Assembly: GCA_963582685.1 (NCBI GenBank)
Contig: CAUZSM010000003.1
Span: 1-32,894 of the forward strand
DNA length: 32,894 nt
Source: Candidatus Thalassarchaeaceae archaeon
Lineage (GTDB): Archaea; Thermoplasmatota; Poseidoniia; Poseidoniales; Thalassarchaeaceae
Direction of reading: 5' to 3'
Shown: one piece after another, positions 17,001 through 25,051 of the stretch
Layout of the letters: every line of letters begins with the position of its first letter
How positions within the stretch are numbered: position 1 is the first letter of the stretch
Translations under genes and position numbers: made by a program
Notes under the pieces: model-generated
The model's database searches: none
Told to the model about the DNA's origin: nothing
Seen by the model: the letters and a program-made list of their open reading frames with translations, nothing else

Positions 17001-18522
17001 TGTGAGTGGCCCGAATGGATACTACACTAATTTCGAGAAGCCCGGTGGCCAGTCCTGGTCGGCTGATTGGGATGTTGTGTATTTGGATTCGGGAGCCTAT
17101 GATGTCTCAGTTTGGGCTTCTGATTCGTCTTTCTGTATTCAAACACAGGGTGAGTGCAACGCTGTGACTCTGAGTCTGACTATCGACAATGACAACGCAT
17201 TTCCTTGGGTATCCCTGCTGAGTCCGTACGATGGGCAAACCATCACTTCTAGTGAGAACACACTGCTTTCAGGCGTGGCTCGGGATACCGATGGTCAGGT
17301 CACTAAGGTTGAGATTACCATCCTTGACATGCAGCAACCCACTGAAGACGGATATCTGGAAATGCCCGAAGGCCCACACAGCATCGTGACCAACATGCAG
17401 CCGAATGGTGGATGGGCAGTCGAGTGGGATACGAGATACCTCCTTCACAACTTCCACTATTTGGTGCAGGTGCGCTCTTTTGATGGATGGAATTACAGCG
17501 ATATTGCGCAGGCGGAGATTATCATTGATAACCCGCCAGATGCAGATAACCACCGACCGATTTTCAACAGCAGTTTGTGGTCTGAACTCTACCGAATCGG
17601 CGAAATACTGATCTTCTGCGAAGATGGCAGTACCGCTCAGAATCGTTGTGGAGATGGTGCATACGTCGACCTATCGATATTCTTCACTGACGAGGATGGA
17701 GATACGCTTCAGTACTACGTATTGGATGACGAGCAGATATCTGCCGACGACCTTTACGATGAATTGATTATGGTCGACGTTAATGGTCGCGCCAACTACA
17801 ATCCTCTGTTGATGTCTTTCCACGACCCAAACATGGATTCTTGGGGATTGCAGGGTGTGATTTTCTTCGCTATTGACCCCGACGGGAGTAGAGCGTATTC
17901 TACACCAATTGACTTTGTGATTCAGCCGGTTTCCTTCTCGTCTGAGAGGGTTGATGATGGAGCAATTTCTCAGGCAGCAATGGCTGTGTTCAACGGAACT
18001 GGGCGCCCAACAGAACTTGTTGTAGCAAAAACCGCCTCCGGACTTTTCCTCAATTCAACTGAGGTTGGGGATGATGGTAAGTGGACGCTTGGGCTACCTG
18101 GAAACCGTATGGACCGCGGCTACAATACCATCGTGTTTGAGTACGGTGGCAACCAGATGCCTACTTATGATGACAATGTCGTCATCGTCGGATCTGTCGA
18201 TGACGGAAGCGCAAGCTGGCTGGTTACCACACTCATTGTATTGGCAGTCATCGTTGCTCTTGCGGCTGCTGGAGGCGTTTTCATGTATTTCTTTGTTGAA
18301 TTCGAAGATGAGGAGGACGAGGACGACCTCGAACCTGAGGAAGAGGAAGACCCGTATGCTTGGGCTAAACAGTCACAGCAGGCCAGCGCTGCTGGCGCAA
18401 TTGCAGGTCAAGCAGCTCAGCAACAGAGTGCAACTGAGGGTGCCAGCCAAGTCCAGCAAGGCTATCCTGGTTGGCAGTGGGATGCGGCAACCAACGAGTG
18501 GGTGCCGGACAACAAGCAGTGA
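14089..18522 (+). CDS. Large membrane-anchored surface protein: signal peptide, parallel beta-helix-like region, Cys/Asp motif, Ig-like domains, C-terminal TM and acidic cytoplasmic tail
   Basis: Signal peptide ending AMA. Beta-helix-like repeats (FNNNIIEG..GIQISSSEVEINGGTI) and Ig-like repeats (NKAPSITIT..NFTGSAHD; NTEPPTIWVDSPADG..FSGRASD; PWVSLLSPYDGQTI..LSGVARD). TM WLVTTLIVLAVIVALAAAGGVFMYFFV. GGAG precedes the ATG. Confidence 0.85.
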   Translation: MEESHRRKSLLLSLLFVSSMLIGLVGVVPTAMASNETQAGTISGPETWTGTHTLTGDVVIAAGATLIIQPGTTITMPNGTHIDVRGAMCAGDVACGANGMASNSSRIIFNWNSPANDQANGSCYGLFPIGGSPQHWNRDPSCYEGILMRNTVDIGMTKLNHVTISNAYGMPRWVNEINQVRYGALVLEGASPTITGIKFTDINTTSLLVLDLAAPTILGGEFTTGKDATELVGSAIQSYGAGSALSPLIINYAIFSGTSNGCAQEDDGRHVLWGEKSFVAITGAVVGSAGASAGDYGMRFDDSAGFVRNSYFHTDCNGVDLNDKRVVGNTPYQMFVENNQVTTEERSPLTAFNHAWVAFNNNIIEGASDGSGIQISSSEVEINGGTIGPIGGWNGIWSIGESDVSVIGTSIQGTAKEAIIAGEYHYGDGGWSGIPTPQKNRMYMKNVDISGTGGECTSEKIWRTIIGPSGEEFTCPAIHAYRTSLTLIDSDVNWGGTDADVIRAIGSILDVRDNDLNGSGIGARIVNHNTWPGPDYGSLAFFSMNRWSSSIQQGYNITKSSVTVQSESIQNTAPGVYPVSLSWPDTEASDESFNGWNSAVYLTQSKVWPPQEFPLAMEIVNNSTTFTFANLTNLDNSKIFIDTSPVMWAVQIRKAEIVRFRTIVDGVRVSDASVLIEDAHGRDLYSLTTDSQGWTPEISLPSDFHLDFRGLQGGDNPDGFATDALENSCSDGVDNDGDLLYDAQDPDCAQGAGTREMSKYYVTAYRFGKGYKNYNFILADQTGVLAEIVALENKAPSITITHNDGHSFKRVINFTGSAHDGDWAGIYGSNQMDDEDRNTLAQWDEQGIVEQVQIKDPFTSDWVDMRLAVDTSNSGGEVTYNNHPFRNWYFSYDMSDQPEGDYTFEFRSFDGIDYSPIITRTIKLNTEPPTIWVDSPADGTVIEDGIVHFSGRASDAYNGIFGSDIGSVWFDVSGPNGYYTNFEKPGGQSWSADWDVVYLDSGAYDVSVWASDSSFCIQTQGECNAVTLSLTIDNDNAFPWVSLLSPYDGQTITSSENTLLSGVARDTDGQVTKVEITILDMQQPTEDGYLEMPEGPHSIVTNMQPNGGWAVEWDTRYLLHNFHYLVQVRSFDGWNYSDIAQAEIIIDNPPDADNHRPIFNSSLWSELYRIGEILIFCEDGSTAQNRCGDGAYVDLSIFFTDEDGDTLQYYVLDDEQISADDLYDELIMVDVNGRANYNPLLMSFHDPNMDSWGLQGVIFFAIDPDGSRAYSTPIDFVIQPVSFSSERVDDGAISQAAMAVFNGTGRPTELVVAKTASGLFLNSTEVGDDGKWTLGLPGNRMDRGYNTIVFEYGGNQMPTYDDNVVIVGSVDDGSASWLVTTLIVLAVIVALAAAGGVFMYFFVEFEDEEDEDDLEPEEEEDPYAWAKQSQQASAAGAIAGQAAQQQSATEGASQVQQGYPGWQWDAATNEWVPDNKQ

Positions 18523-18529
18523 CCCAAGT

Positions 18530-18553
18530 GACCTTGAGGCATATCTTAGGGTC
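18530..18553 (+). terminator. Hairpin after the surface-protein gene (GACCTTGAG-N6-CTTAGGGTC)
   Basis: 9-bp stem including two G-U pairs, 7 nt after the stop. Confidence 0.3.
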
Positions 18554-18610
18554 CAACAACCATGAGTTTGAAAGGTGAGCCGACAATGAAGGGTATTCAG
18601 GGGTGATGAG

Positions 18611-21130
18611 TTGGTTCATCTAAAACCGGGTGTGCAGGAACGCATAATGCTGCACCTTCGCAATTATGTCGATTACTCTGACTCTGTTGAGGTGCCTTTT
18701 GCGCTATCACAGATGGGAATTGCCAACGCAGTTGCAATTGCCCGCTCAAATGTGCCTCGAGCGATTGCAGGTTTGAAGGACTCAGGTCTACTCATAGAGA
18801 GGCAGGCCCACGTGCGCGGGGTCAGCAGGAAACGAAAGGCGTACTTCCTCACAGATACTGGAGTGGTTCAGGCGGAGGAAACCTGGAAGTTACTCGCCGA
18901 GAGTCCAATACGGCTTGTTGACGATGATGGGGTAACTCACACAACCACGCTAGCCGGTTCAATTGAGATGGCTGACTTCAATATGCGTCCAGTAGATGTG
19001 TTGCGTTATGTCGACGACAATGGCATGCTCGACCTGAGGGTACTGAATGAGGACCTGATACTGAGGGACCTTTCCAAACATGTGGAGAAACAGTTGGTTA
19101 CGACGTTGGGAGATTTGCCTCGCACTCGTTCCTTCTTCGGCCGCGAACAGGAGATTGAGAACATCGAGGATCTGCTCGAGGCTCGCTCGACTTCGCTGTT
19201 GTTGCCCGGAATTGCCGGTATCGGCAAGACAGCGCTCGCAGGAAAAATCATCGAGATTTTTACCCACAAGCGAAATTTGCTCTATCATCGATGTCAGGAT
19301 TGGGAGGGGAGCAGAGCTTTCCTTGAGTCATGCGCTGAATGGCTTTCAGCAATAGGTGACGATGGCCTATCGGATTACCTCTCATCAACCGCTGTGCCAC
19401 AGCCCGCTGTGGCGGTGAACATCATCGTAAGTGCACTTGAGGAGGTTCCAGCTCTCATCGTGGTTGATGACTTGCACAAGGTCAGTGATGAGGTGTTATT
19501 TGCAGTCATCCGAGGTATTTCGCAACGCATGAACGAAATGGACGAGTTCGGCTTCGTGATGTTTAGTCGCTCATTCAGGCCCGTGGTTCCTCTCAAGGAC
19601 GCAGAAGGCAACATCTCGACACTGGTCATGCCTGTTGAAGGACTAGACCAGCGGTCCTGCCGATTACTGCTTACCGCAATGCCTGAAATGGACACTACAA
19701 CTTTCCTCCACATCTACACGTTGTCGCGCGGGCACCCTCTGGTTCTGCAATTGATTAACCGAGGTTCTGTTGGAAGCACATTCCACGAGACGCTTGAGAA
19801 GTTCGTCGAGCAGGAGATATTCAGTAGACTCACTGGTGCTGAAAAGAGTGTATTGGGTGCTATTGCCATCTATCGTGAACCGATGCCTCTTGAAGCGATT
19901 TCCAACCATGGAGTGCAGACAGATGTTCTCGATGACCTAGTAGAGAAGGGATTGGCTCGGCAGGCTGACAGTGAGACCTACGATGTCCACGACCTAATTC
20001 GCGAATTCCTATTGCGAACTCTCGATGAAAAAACTCGGCAGGAGTTGCACGTTGCAGCATGTGATTGGTATCGCGAGCACCATAACGAACCCGAGCAGAA
20101 AGTCGAACAGATTTACCATCTTCTGAATTGTGGAGATACCGACTCTCTTGGAAATGCCCTCGACGAATTTGGTCGTGATCTACTGAAGGGTGGTCACGTT
20201 GAGTTGATTGGTTTGCTTGCGGGCCTAGATAGCAGTAGTTTCGCACCGCTGACTTGGGCGAATATTCTCGAAATTCGTGGTGACATTCTGTCCATGCAAG
20301 GCAAGTGGGCTGAAGCTGAGGAAGAATATGGTGAAGCAATGCCCATCACAAGAGAGAATGGTGCGCGTGATGGCGAGGCACGTTTGCTTTCATCCACCGC
20401 TGATATCAGTGTGCAACGGGGTCAGTTGGACCAAGCATTGGAGATGCATAATCAATCTTTGGAGATATTCATTGAGATTGGTGATGCGATTGGTGCTGCC
20501 CGAACCTACAATAATATGGGTCATATTTTCCGGCATCGTAAGGATACTCGTAGTGCATTGGAAGTCTATGGTAACGTTGAGGAGCTACTTGAAAGTGAAT
20601 CTGGCCCTGAATTGACTGGCGCCCGCATCAAGTTGGCCGCCGCATTCCTAGAGATGGGCGAGATTGACAGAGCCAGAGAGCACGCACTTACCGCCTTCGA
20701 TGAGACTGAACAGAGTGGCGATATCTCACTACACGCTCGAGCAAGAGCAGTCCTTGGTCGCATGTACGCACGGTCTGGCGACCCTGATTTGGCCCTCCAT
20801 CATTACTCTGAGGCATTGGAGCAGATGGCAGACGAAACAGACCAACATTCCGCAGTTGAAGTCAGGATAATGCTTGGGGAGATATTGGTGGATGCAGGTC
20901 GTACTGAAGATGCTACTGAGCACTATTTGGACGGTTTGGCGATGGCAGAAGCCAACGACCTTCGTCTGCTAATCGGAGAGTTGCTAGCTCGGCTGGGCGA
21001 AGCCGCTCCCGAAAAGCACGAGAGAATGGATTACTTGCAACGGGCGCTTACTGTTTTCAGAGAACTTGGCGCTAAGGAGAGAATGCGTGAAGTACAGAAT
21101 TCCGTTCACAAGTCCATCATGGGCCGCTGA
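18611..21130 (+). CDS. Winged-helix + STAND (NB-ARC/MalT-like) NTPase + TPR protein, putative transcriptional regulator
   Basis: N-terminal HTH-wing (SQMGIANAVAIARSNVPRAIAGLKDSGLL..RKAYFLTDTG), FFGREQE, Walker A GIAGIGKT (19208-19231), Walker B LIVVDDLH, GHPL, MHD-like VHDL (from 19985) and ~6-7 C-terminal TPR-like repeats. TTG start preceded by GGGGTGA. Confidence 0.88.
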   Translation: MVHLKPGVQERIMLHLRNYVDYSDSVEVPFALSQMGIANAVAIARSNVPRAIAGLKDSGLLIERQAHVRGVSRKRKAYFLTDTGVVQAEETWKLLAESPIRLVDDDGVTHTTTLAGSIEMADFNMRPVDVLRYVDDNGMLDLRVLNEDLILRDLSKHVEKQLVTTLGDLPRTRSFFGREQEIENIEDLLEARSTSLLLPGIAGIGKTALAGKIIEIFTHKRNLLYHRCQDWEGSRAFLESCAEWLSAIGDDGLSDYLSSTAVPQPAVAVNIIVSALEEVPALIVVDDLHKVSDEVLFAVIRGISQRMNEMDEFGFVMFSRSFRPVVPLKDAEGNISTLVMPVEGLDQRSCRLLLTAMPEMDTTTFLHIYTLSRGHPLVLQLINRGSVGSTFHETLEKFVEQEIFSRLTGAEKSVLGAIAIYREPMPLEAISNHGVQTDVLDDLVEKGLARQADSETYDVHDLIREFLLRTLDEKTRQELHVAACDWYREHHNEPEQKVEQIYHLLNCGDTDSLGNALDEFGRDLLKGGHVELIGLLAGLDSSSFAPLTWANILEIRGDILSMQGKWAEAEEEYGEAMPITRENGARDGEARLLSSTADISVQRGQLDQALEMHNQSLEIFIEIGDAIGAARTYNNMGHIFRHRKDTRSALEVYGNVEELLESESGPELTGARIKLAAAFLEMGEIDRAREHALTAFDETEQSGDISLHARARAVLGRMYARSGDPDLALHHYSEALEQMADETDQHSAVEVRIMLGEILVDAGRTEDATEHYLDGLAMAEANDLRLLIGELLARLGEAAPEKHERMDYLQRALTVFRELGAKERMREVQNSVHKSIMGR

Positions 21131-21613
21131 TCAGAAGTCCGGATGCTCTTCTGTCACCGTGACTTGCCCTGCCTTGAGCACTACCCACACTGTATCCACT
21201 CCTGATAGACTGATACTACCGCTATGAGAAGTCGCTGCAGCACCACTAATCGGTTGGCGGATTTGCTTACTACCACCAGCATCGGTGATGAATACTGCCT
21301 CATCATCAAGAATCAACTGCAGTTGCAGACTGCTTGAAGTTGAAATGTGTAGTTTCACCGGTTCGGAGTAGGATGCGTTTGCATCCAGTCTTGCAGCCTC
21401 ATCCGCTCTTTCCACAGCCGCTGAAATTGATAGCAGATTGTCTTCCATCGCGTTGTCCGACCACCGCTCCTGTGTTGCAACCTCAATGTCCCATATCCAC
21501 AGACTGAATGTTGTAAGGAAGAGAAGACCGAGCAGGAATGTGAACACATAGCCCATTTCGGTTGCCGCAGCACTCTCGTCATCGGCTAGACGAGTCAATT
21601 CTCTCCTTGCCAT
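21131..21613 (-). CDS. Small archaeal pilin-like protein (class III signal peptide-like N-terminus)
   Basis: MARRELTRLADDESA|AATEMGYVFTFLLGLLFL: charged leader, Ala, then a hydrophobic helix. SD GAGGTGA at 21626-21620, and TGATG overlap with the upstream gene. Confidence 0.75.
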   Translation of the reverse strand: MARRELTRLADDESAAATEMGYVFTFLLGLLFLTTFSLWIWDIEVATQERWSDNAMEDNLLSISAAVERADEAARLDANASYSEPVKLHISTSSSLQLQLILDDEAVFITDAGGSKQIRQPISGAAATSHSGSISLSGVDTVWVVLKAGQVTVTEEHPDF

Positions 21614-23937
21614 CAGGACTCACCTCGTGTTGATTGGCTTGAGAGTGATGAATACTGCAGATTGAACATGACTTCCCCACCTCCAGCATGGTACACCATC
21701 TCAGACATAGATGGGTTGAGTTGCACCCAGCCAACGTAGTCATCAAGCCTGTCCAATTGACCTGGGAATGTCAACCAATCTGCTGAGAATGTCAGTTCAC
21801 TGCTAGCTTCTGCAGCCACAGCGGCCCCATATGGTCCATCCCAGCCCATTCTTACCTGCCAAGCGTTGGTCGAGACCAATTGTTCTCTACATTCGAGCTT
21901 TAGCACGATTTCCATCGCACCACCTCCACTCACTGAATCTTTCGTCGGCATCAAGACCGGGATTGTTGCTGCAAGTCTCGGTCCCGGACCTTCTCGTGTT
22001 GGAGGTGATATGATGATGTCCGGTTGGTATTCGGGGTGATTTGTACCAACAAATCCTCCTCGGGTAGCGATTTCAAGATTTGAAACGCTTGAATCGAAAA
22101 CGTAGGATAGTCGCGGCAGGTGTAGCGCCCAAGCCACGCCAAGTATTGCTTGCGGGTCATCGCCAACCTCTCCCCGTATCTGCACAGAGAAGCCAAAGGG
22201 GTGGGTGCCATCGGCCCAAGAAGATCTGACATCATGGTCCTGCATGTAGGAGATGTCCTTCCATGGTAGCAGGGCATCCATCCATCCTGACGCGTGCAAA
22301 CTGATGATGACGCAGCGGTCATCACCGCCTTCCATCACTTCGGCTTGCCCATCGTCTCCGCTGACTAACCAAGCACGCAGCGGACCTGCGCCAATCGATG
22401 CAGCCAAATCGAAGGAACCTGTGACCGTATCTGAAAGGGCTATTGACACTCCATCGGTTGTCTGTACCAGTGTCCCGCTCGATTGGTTAGAATCAGCGAT
22501 ACCCCCTGAGATGTCCCAGCCGCTGATGAACGATGCTGGCTGCAACAGCAAACTTACCTCACCTGTGCTCGGATTTGCCGAATCACCCCCGCTAGTTGGG
22601 ACCTCAAAGTCCCATTCACCACCACTGGTTCTGCCAGTATCACTGGCTGGGATGACATCCATACTTCCCGGACGCCATCCATCAGCAGCAGCTGAAGAGC
22701 CACCGACAGTCGTTGAATCGGTTAGCCAGTGAACTCTAATCGGCCCGTTTGCCTCAATCCAACTGGATGCATCACCATCCCATGAGATGCGCAGTGAATC
22801 GAGAGCAGAGATAGTCTGGTACAGCCCATTGATTCTCGTAGTCACGGTAGTGGTGGCGAGATTCTCGATAAGCAGGCTACCGTCCATTGCCGGTGGGAGG
22901 TAATTGTGGCCACTCCAGGAACCCTGTTGGTCTGGCCAAGCAATGCTGCCGGGACCGCTACCGTCCAAATCTGCTGCATTTCCGGTGGCGATTACCATTC
23001 GAGCGGGCGATGAGGTGATGAGCGCTAACCTCTCAGAAGTTGATGCAGAGATGCTGCCGGTCCACGAATGGATGCTGGAAGAGGCACTGGGTGGGTGCGA
23101 TGAAACACTGTGCACTGATGAAGTCCCACTACCACTTCCCGACGAAGTTTCCCAAGAAACATCGAAAGGCTGCTCAGAGATGAGGTGAATGAGATGTTGC
23201 CCCTCAATCAGTGGAACAGTCCATGACCTGCCGTTGTCAGCGTATGAAGGGGTATCAGGAGTGACTAGCATTGCCCCTCCATCTCCTCTCCAAGCAATGA
23301 CTCTGACGGCTCTTTCACTGTGCACCCATGCTTCTCCAGCGGCACTGGTCACTCCCGTCTGCACCCAGACGCCATCAATTGGCATTCTGTAGGTCGTCTC
23401 TGTCACACCTTGCTCAAAAGTGAGGTCATAATTTCCCAAACCAGATTCGATTGAGGTGTAAGATGTTGCACTGAGAGTCAAGTTTGCCATCGGAATCCGA
23501 TGGTGGAATAGCGCTTCTGCACTGGCGCGAAGGTCGGTCACGCACATTGTCTCGACTCCATATTGTGGGTATTTTATGCGGATATCATCGTCGAGGTCGA
23601 GTGCCCCCTCTATTCTGAATTCGCTGTCCTGCTGAAGGGTCGCCGAATACCATGTCCCACCATGCAGCATGCTCCAACCGAGAATACCGGTATGCGGTCG
23701 CACATCCATATTCGCCTCATCGCCAATGACTCCAGACTCTGAAAGTCGCGTGGTTTCCGCTGCGAAATCCTCCATCTGAGCCCCCATCGTCTCTCGCTCG
23801 ACGGCTCCATGCAACTCATCGATGAGCGGCATGATGGTTACCATCATTCCAGAGATGATGCTGATTACCCCTGCGAAAAGAAGAACTGTCGCAATGGTGG
23901 CTGACACCGCATCATCGTCTCGTTCACGTCGAATCAG
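21613..23937 (-). CDS. Large pilin-like protein with class III signal peptide; probable non-canonical CTG start
   Basis: The reading frame extends upstream of the track's GTG 23907 as (L)IRRERDDDA|VSATIATVLLFAGVISII. There is no ATG, GTG or TTG between the in-frame TGA (23985-23983) and 23907. CTG 23937 overlaps the upstream stop as CTGA and has AGGTGG 7 nt upstream. The CDS is solid; the start is less certain. Confidence 0.8.
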   Translation of the reverse strand: MIRRERDDDAVSATIATVLLFAGVISIISGMMVTIMPLIDELHGAVERETMGAQMEDFAAETTRLSESGVIGDEANMDVRPHTGILGWSMLHGGTWYSATLQQDSEFRIEGALDLDDDIRIKYPQYGVETMCVTDLRASAEALFHHRIPMANLTLSATSYTSIESGLGNYDLTFEQGVTETTYRMPIDGVWVQTGVTSAAGEAWVHSERAVRVIAWRGDGGAMLVTPDTPSYADNGRSWTVPLIEGQHLIHLISEQPFDVSWETSSGSGSGTSSVHSVSSHPPSASSSIHSWTGSISASTSERLALITSSPARMVIATGNAADLDGSGPGSIAWPDQQGSWSGHNYLPPAMDGSLLIENLATTTVTTRINGLYQTISALDSLRISWDGDASSWIEANGPIRVHWLTDSTTVGGSSAAADGWRPGSMDVIPASDTGRTSGGEWDFEVPTSGGDSANPSTGEVSLLLQPASFISGWDISGGIADSNQSSGTLVQTTDGVSIALSDTVTGSFDLAASIGAGPLRAWLVSGDDGQAEVMEGGDDRCVIISLHASGWMDALLPWKDISYMQDHDVRSSWADGTHPFGFSVQIRGEVGDDPQAILGVAWALHLPRLSYVFDSSVSNLEIATRGGFVGTNHPEYQPDIIISPPTREGPGPRLAATIPVLMPTKDSVSGGGAMEIVLKLECREQLVSTNAWQVRMGWDGPYGAAVAAEASSELTFSADWLTFPGQLDRLDDYVGWVQLNPSMSEMVYHAGGGEVMFNLQYSSLSSQSTRGES

Positions 23938-24965
23938 GTAACCACCACCTGCTGCATCACTACATCGAGGTGGATCGAAGCATCAGTTGGATGCATCGTC
24001 ATGCCCTCGCTGCCAGATAGACGGCCGTAGGGACCAAAGCCGACGAAATCATCGAGAGTGTCTGTGACACGATTCAACTCAAAGTTCTCGTTCCAATGGT
24101 GGAGGTAACGCGGTTCTCTGGTTGATTCACCGGGGAATGTCATCTCAATCCTCAGATTGCGTGCGGAATCGTCGAAGAATGATATTTGACCTTGGCTAGT
24201 AATTTCGATGCGATTTAATGCTGAATCGATAGAACTGCTCGTTTCGATATCCAGCAGGACGAGGCTGACACGAGATTTGCCGTCGAGCATCTCGTCGAAG
24301 CCGAGTCTCGGATATGCTTTGACTACAAGTGGCTGATTGGGAAGTTGCTCCACCCTTGCACCATTGATGAGGTCAATGTTGAACGGACCATCCTTGAGTG
24401 GAGTGGAAAGTCGCATTCCATCCAATACTGTCTGAATCTGCCTGTGAATCACTTCTCCACTGCTATCTCTCACCTCGATACGGAACCAGTCTGACAGTGA
24501 AATGTTGACCTCGTGTTCGCCGCTGCCCGATATCGTCCATGATTCGTTGGCGATAGCGGTGGTGATCTCCACGCTGGCCGGAGTTCCGTTTAGAGAGGTG
24601 ACGTTGATGGTTCCAGCATAGGACAGCACCACTACTCTGTCGTTGCCGACCAAGTCCGCAGAAACGACCCAAGTCTCGGCACTACCCAGCGGAGCAATTG
24701 AGTTTGCTAACTGTGATGATAGAACAACAATTCCACTACCTTCTGGTGCATCAGCAGCGATGAGCACTCGGTCGTTGAATTGGGTCGCAGCAACGCTTCC
24801 AGCCACCCACTTTCGGTTATCAGTGAGGTCCTCAAGGAAGGGTTGCATAACTAGAACGACACCGGCCATCACAGAGATTACCATAGCCAGCAGCATGGTC
24901 ACGCCGATTATCTCCGAAACCGCCCTCAGGTCGGGCGATTCGCGGGTGATGAGGGCGGGGCGCAC
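23934..24965 (-). CDS. Archaeal pilin-like protein with class III signal peptide
   Basis: DLRA|VSEIIGVTMLLAMVISVMAGVVLVM matches the archaeal prepilin pattern [KR][GA]|VS.[VI]IG, followed by an amphipathic helix and a beta-rich domain. Confidence 0.82.
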   Translation of the reverse strand: MRPALITRESPDLRAVSEIIGVTMLLAMVISVMAGVVLVMQPFLEDLTDNRKWVAGSVAATQFNDRVLIAADAPEGSGIVVLSSQLANSIAPLGSAETWVVSADLVGNDRVVVLSYAGTINVTSLNGTPASVEITTAIANESWTISGSGEHEVNISLSDWFRIEVRDSSGEVIHRQIQTVLDGMRLSTPLKDGPFNIDLINGARVEQLPNQPLVVKAYPRLGFDEMLDGKSRVSLVLLDIETSSSIDSALNRIEITSQGQISFFDDSARNLRIEMTFPGESTREPRYLHHWNENFELNRVTDTLDDFVGFGPYGRLSGSEGMTMHPTDASIHLDVVMQQVVVT

Positions 24966-25005
24966 AAGGCGAAATGGGTGCGTCCGTTCTTATTGGTTCG
25001 CCATC

Positions 25006-25026
25006 ACACCTCCTAACGGGAGGTGT
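25006..25026. promoter_or_regulatory. Perfect inverted repeat ACACCTCC-N5-GGAGGTGT upstream of the pilin-like operon
   Basis: 8-bp arms. On the minus strand the 3' arm contains the SD GGAGGTG, directly before ATG GCG AAC CAA TAA (25004-24990). Confidence 0.55.
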
Positions 25027-25051
25027 CTTGAAATAATCACATTGCAGGGAT

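Noticed and set aside
25003-25014. ATCACACCTCCT resembling the 16S rRNA 3' end
   Set aside because: There is no flanking rRNA sequence. It is just the complement of an SD within the inverted repeat.
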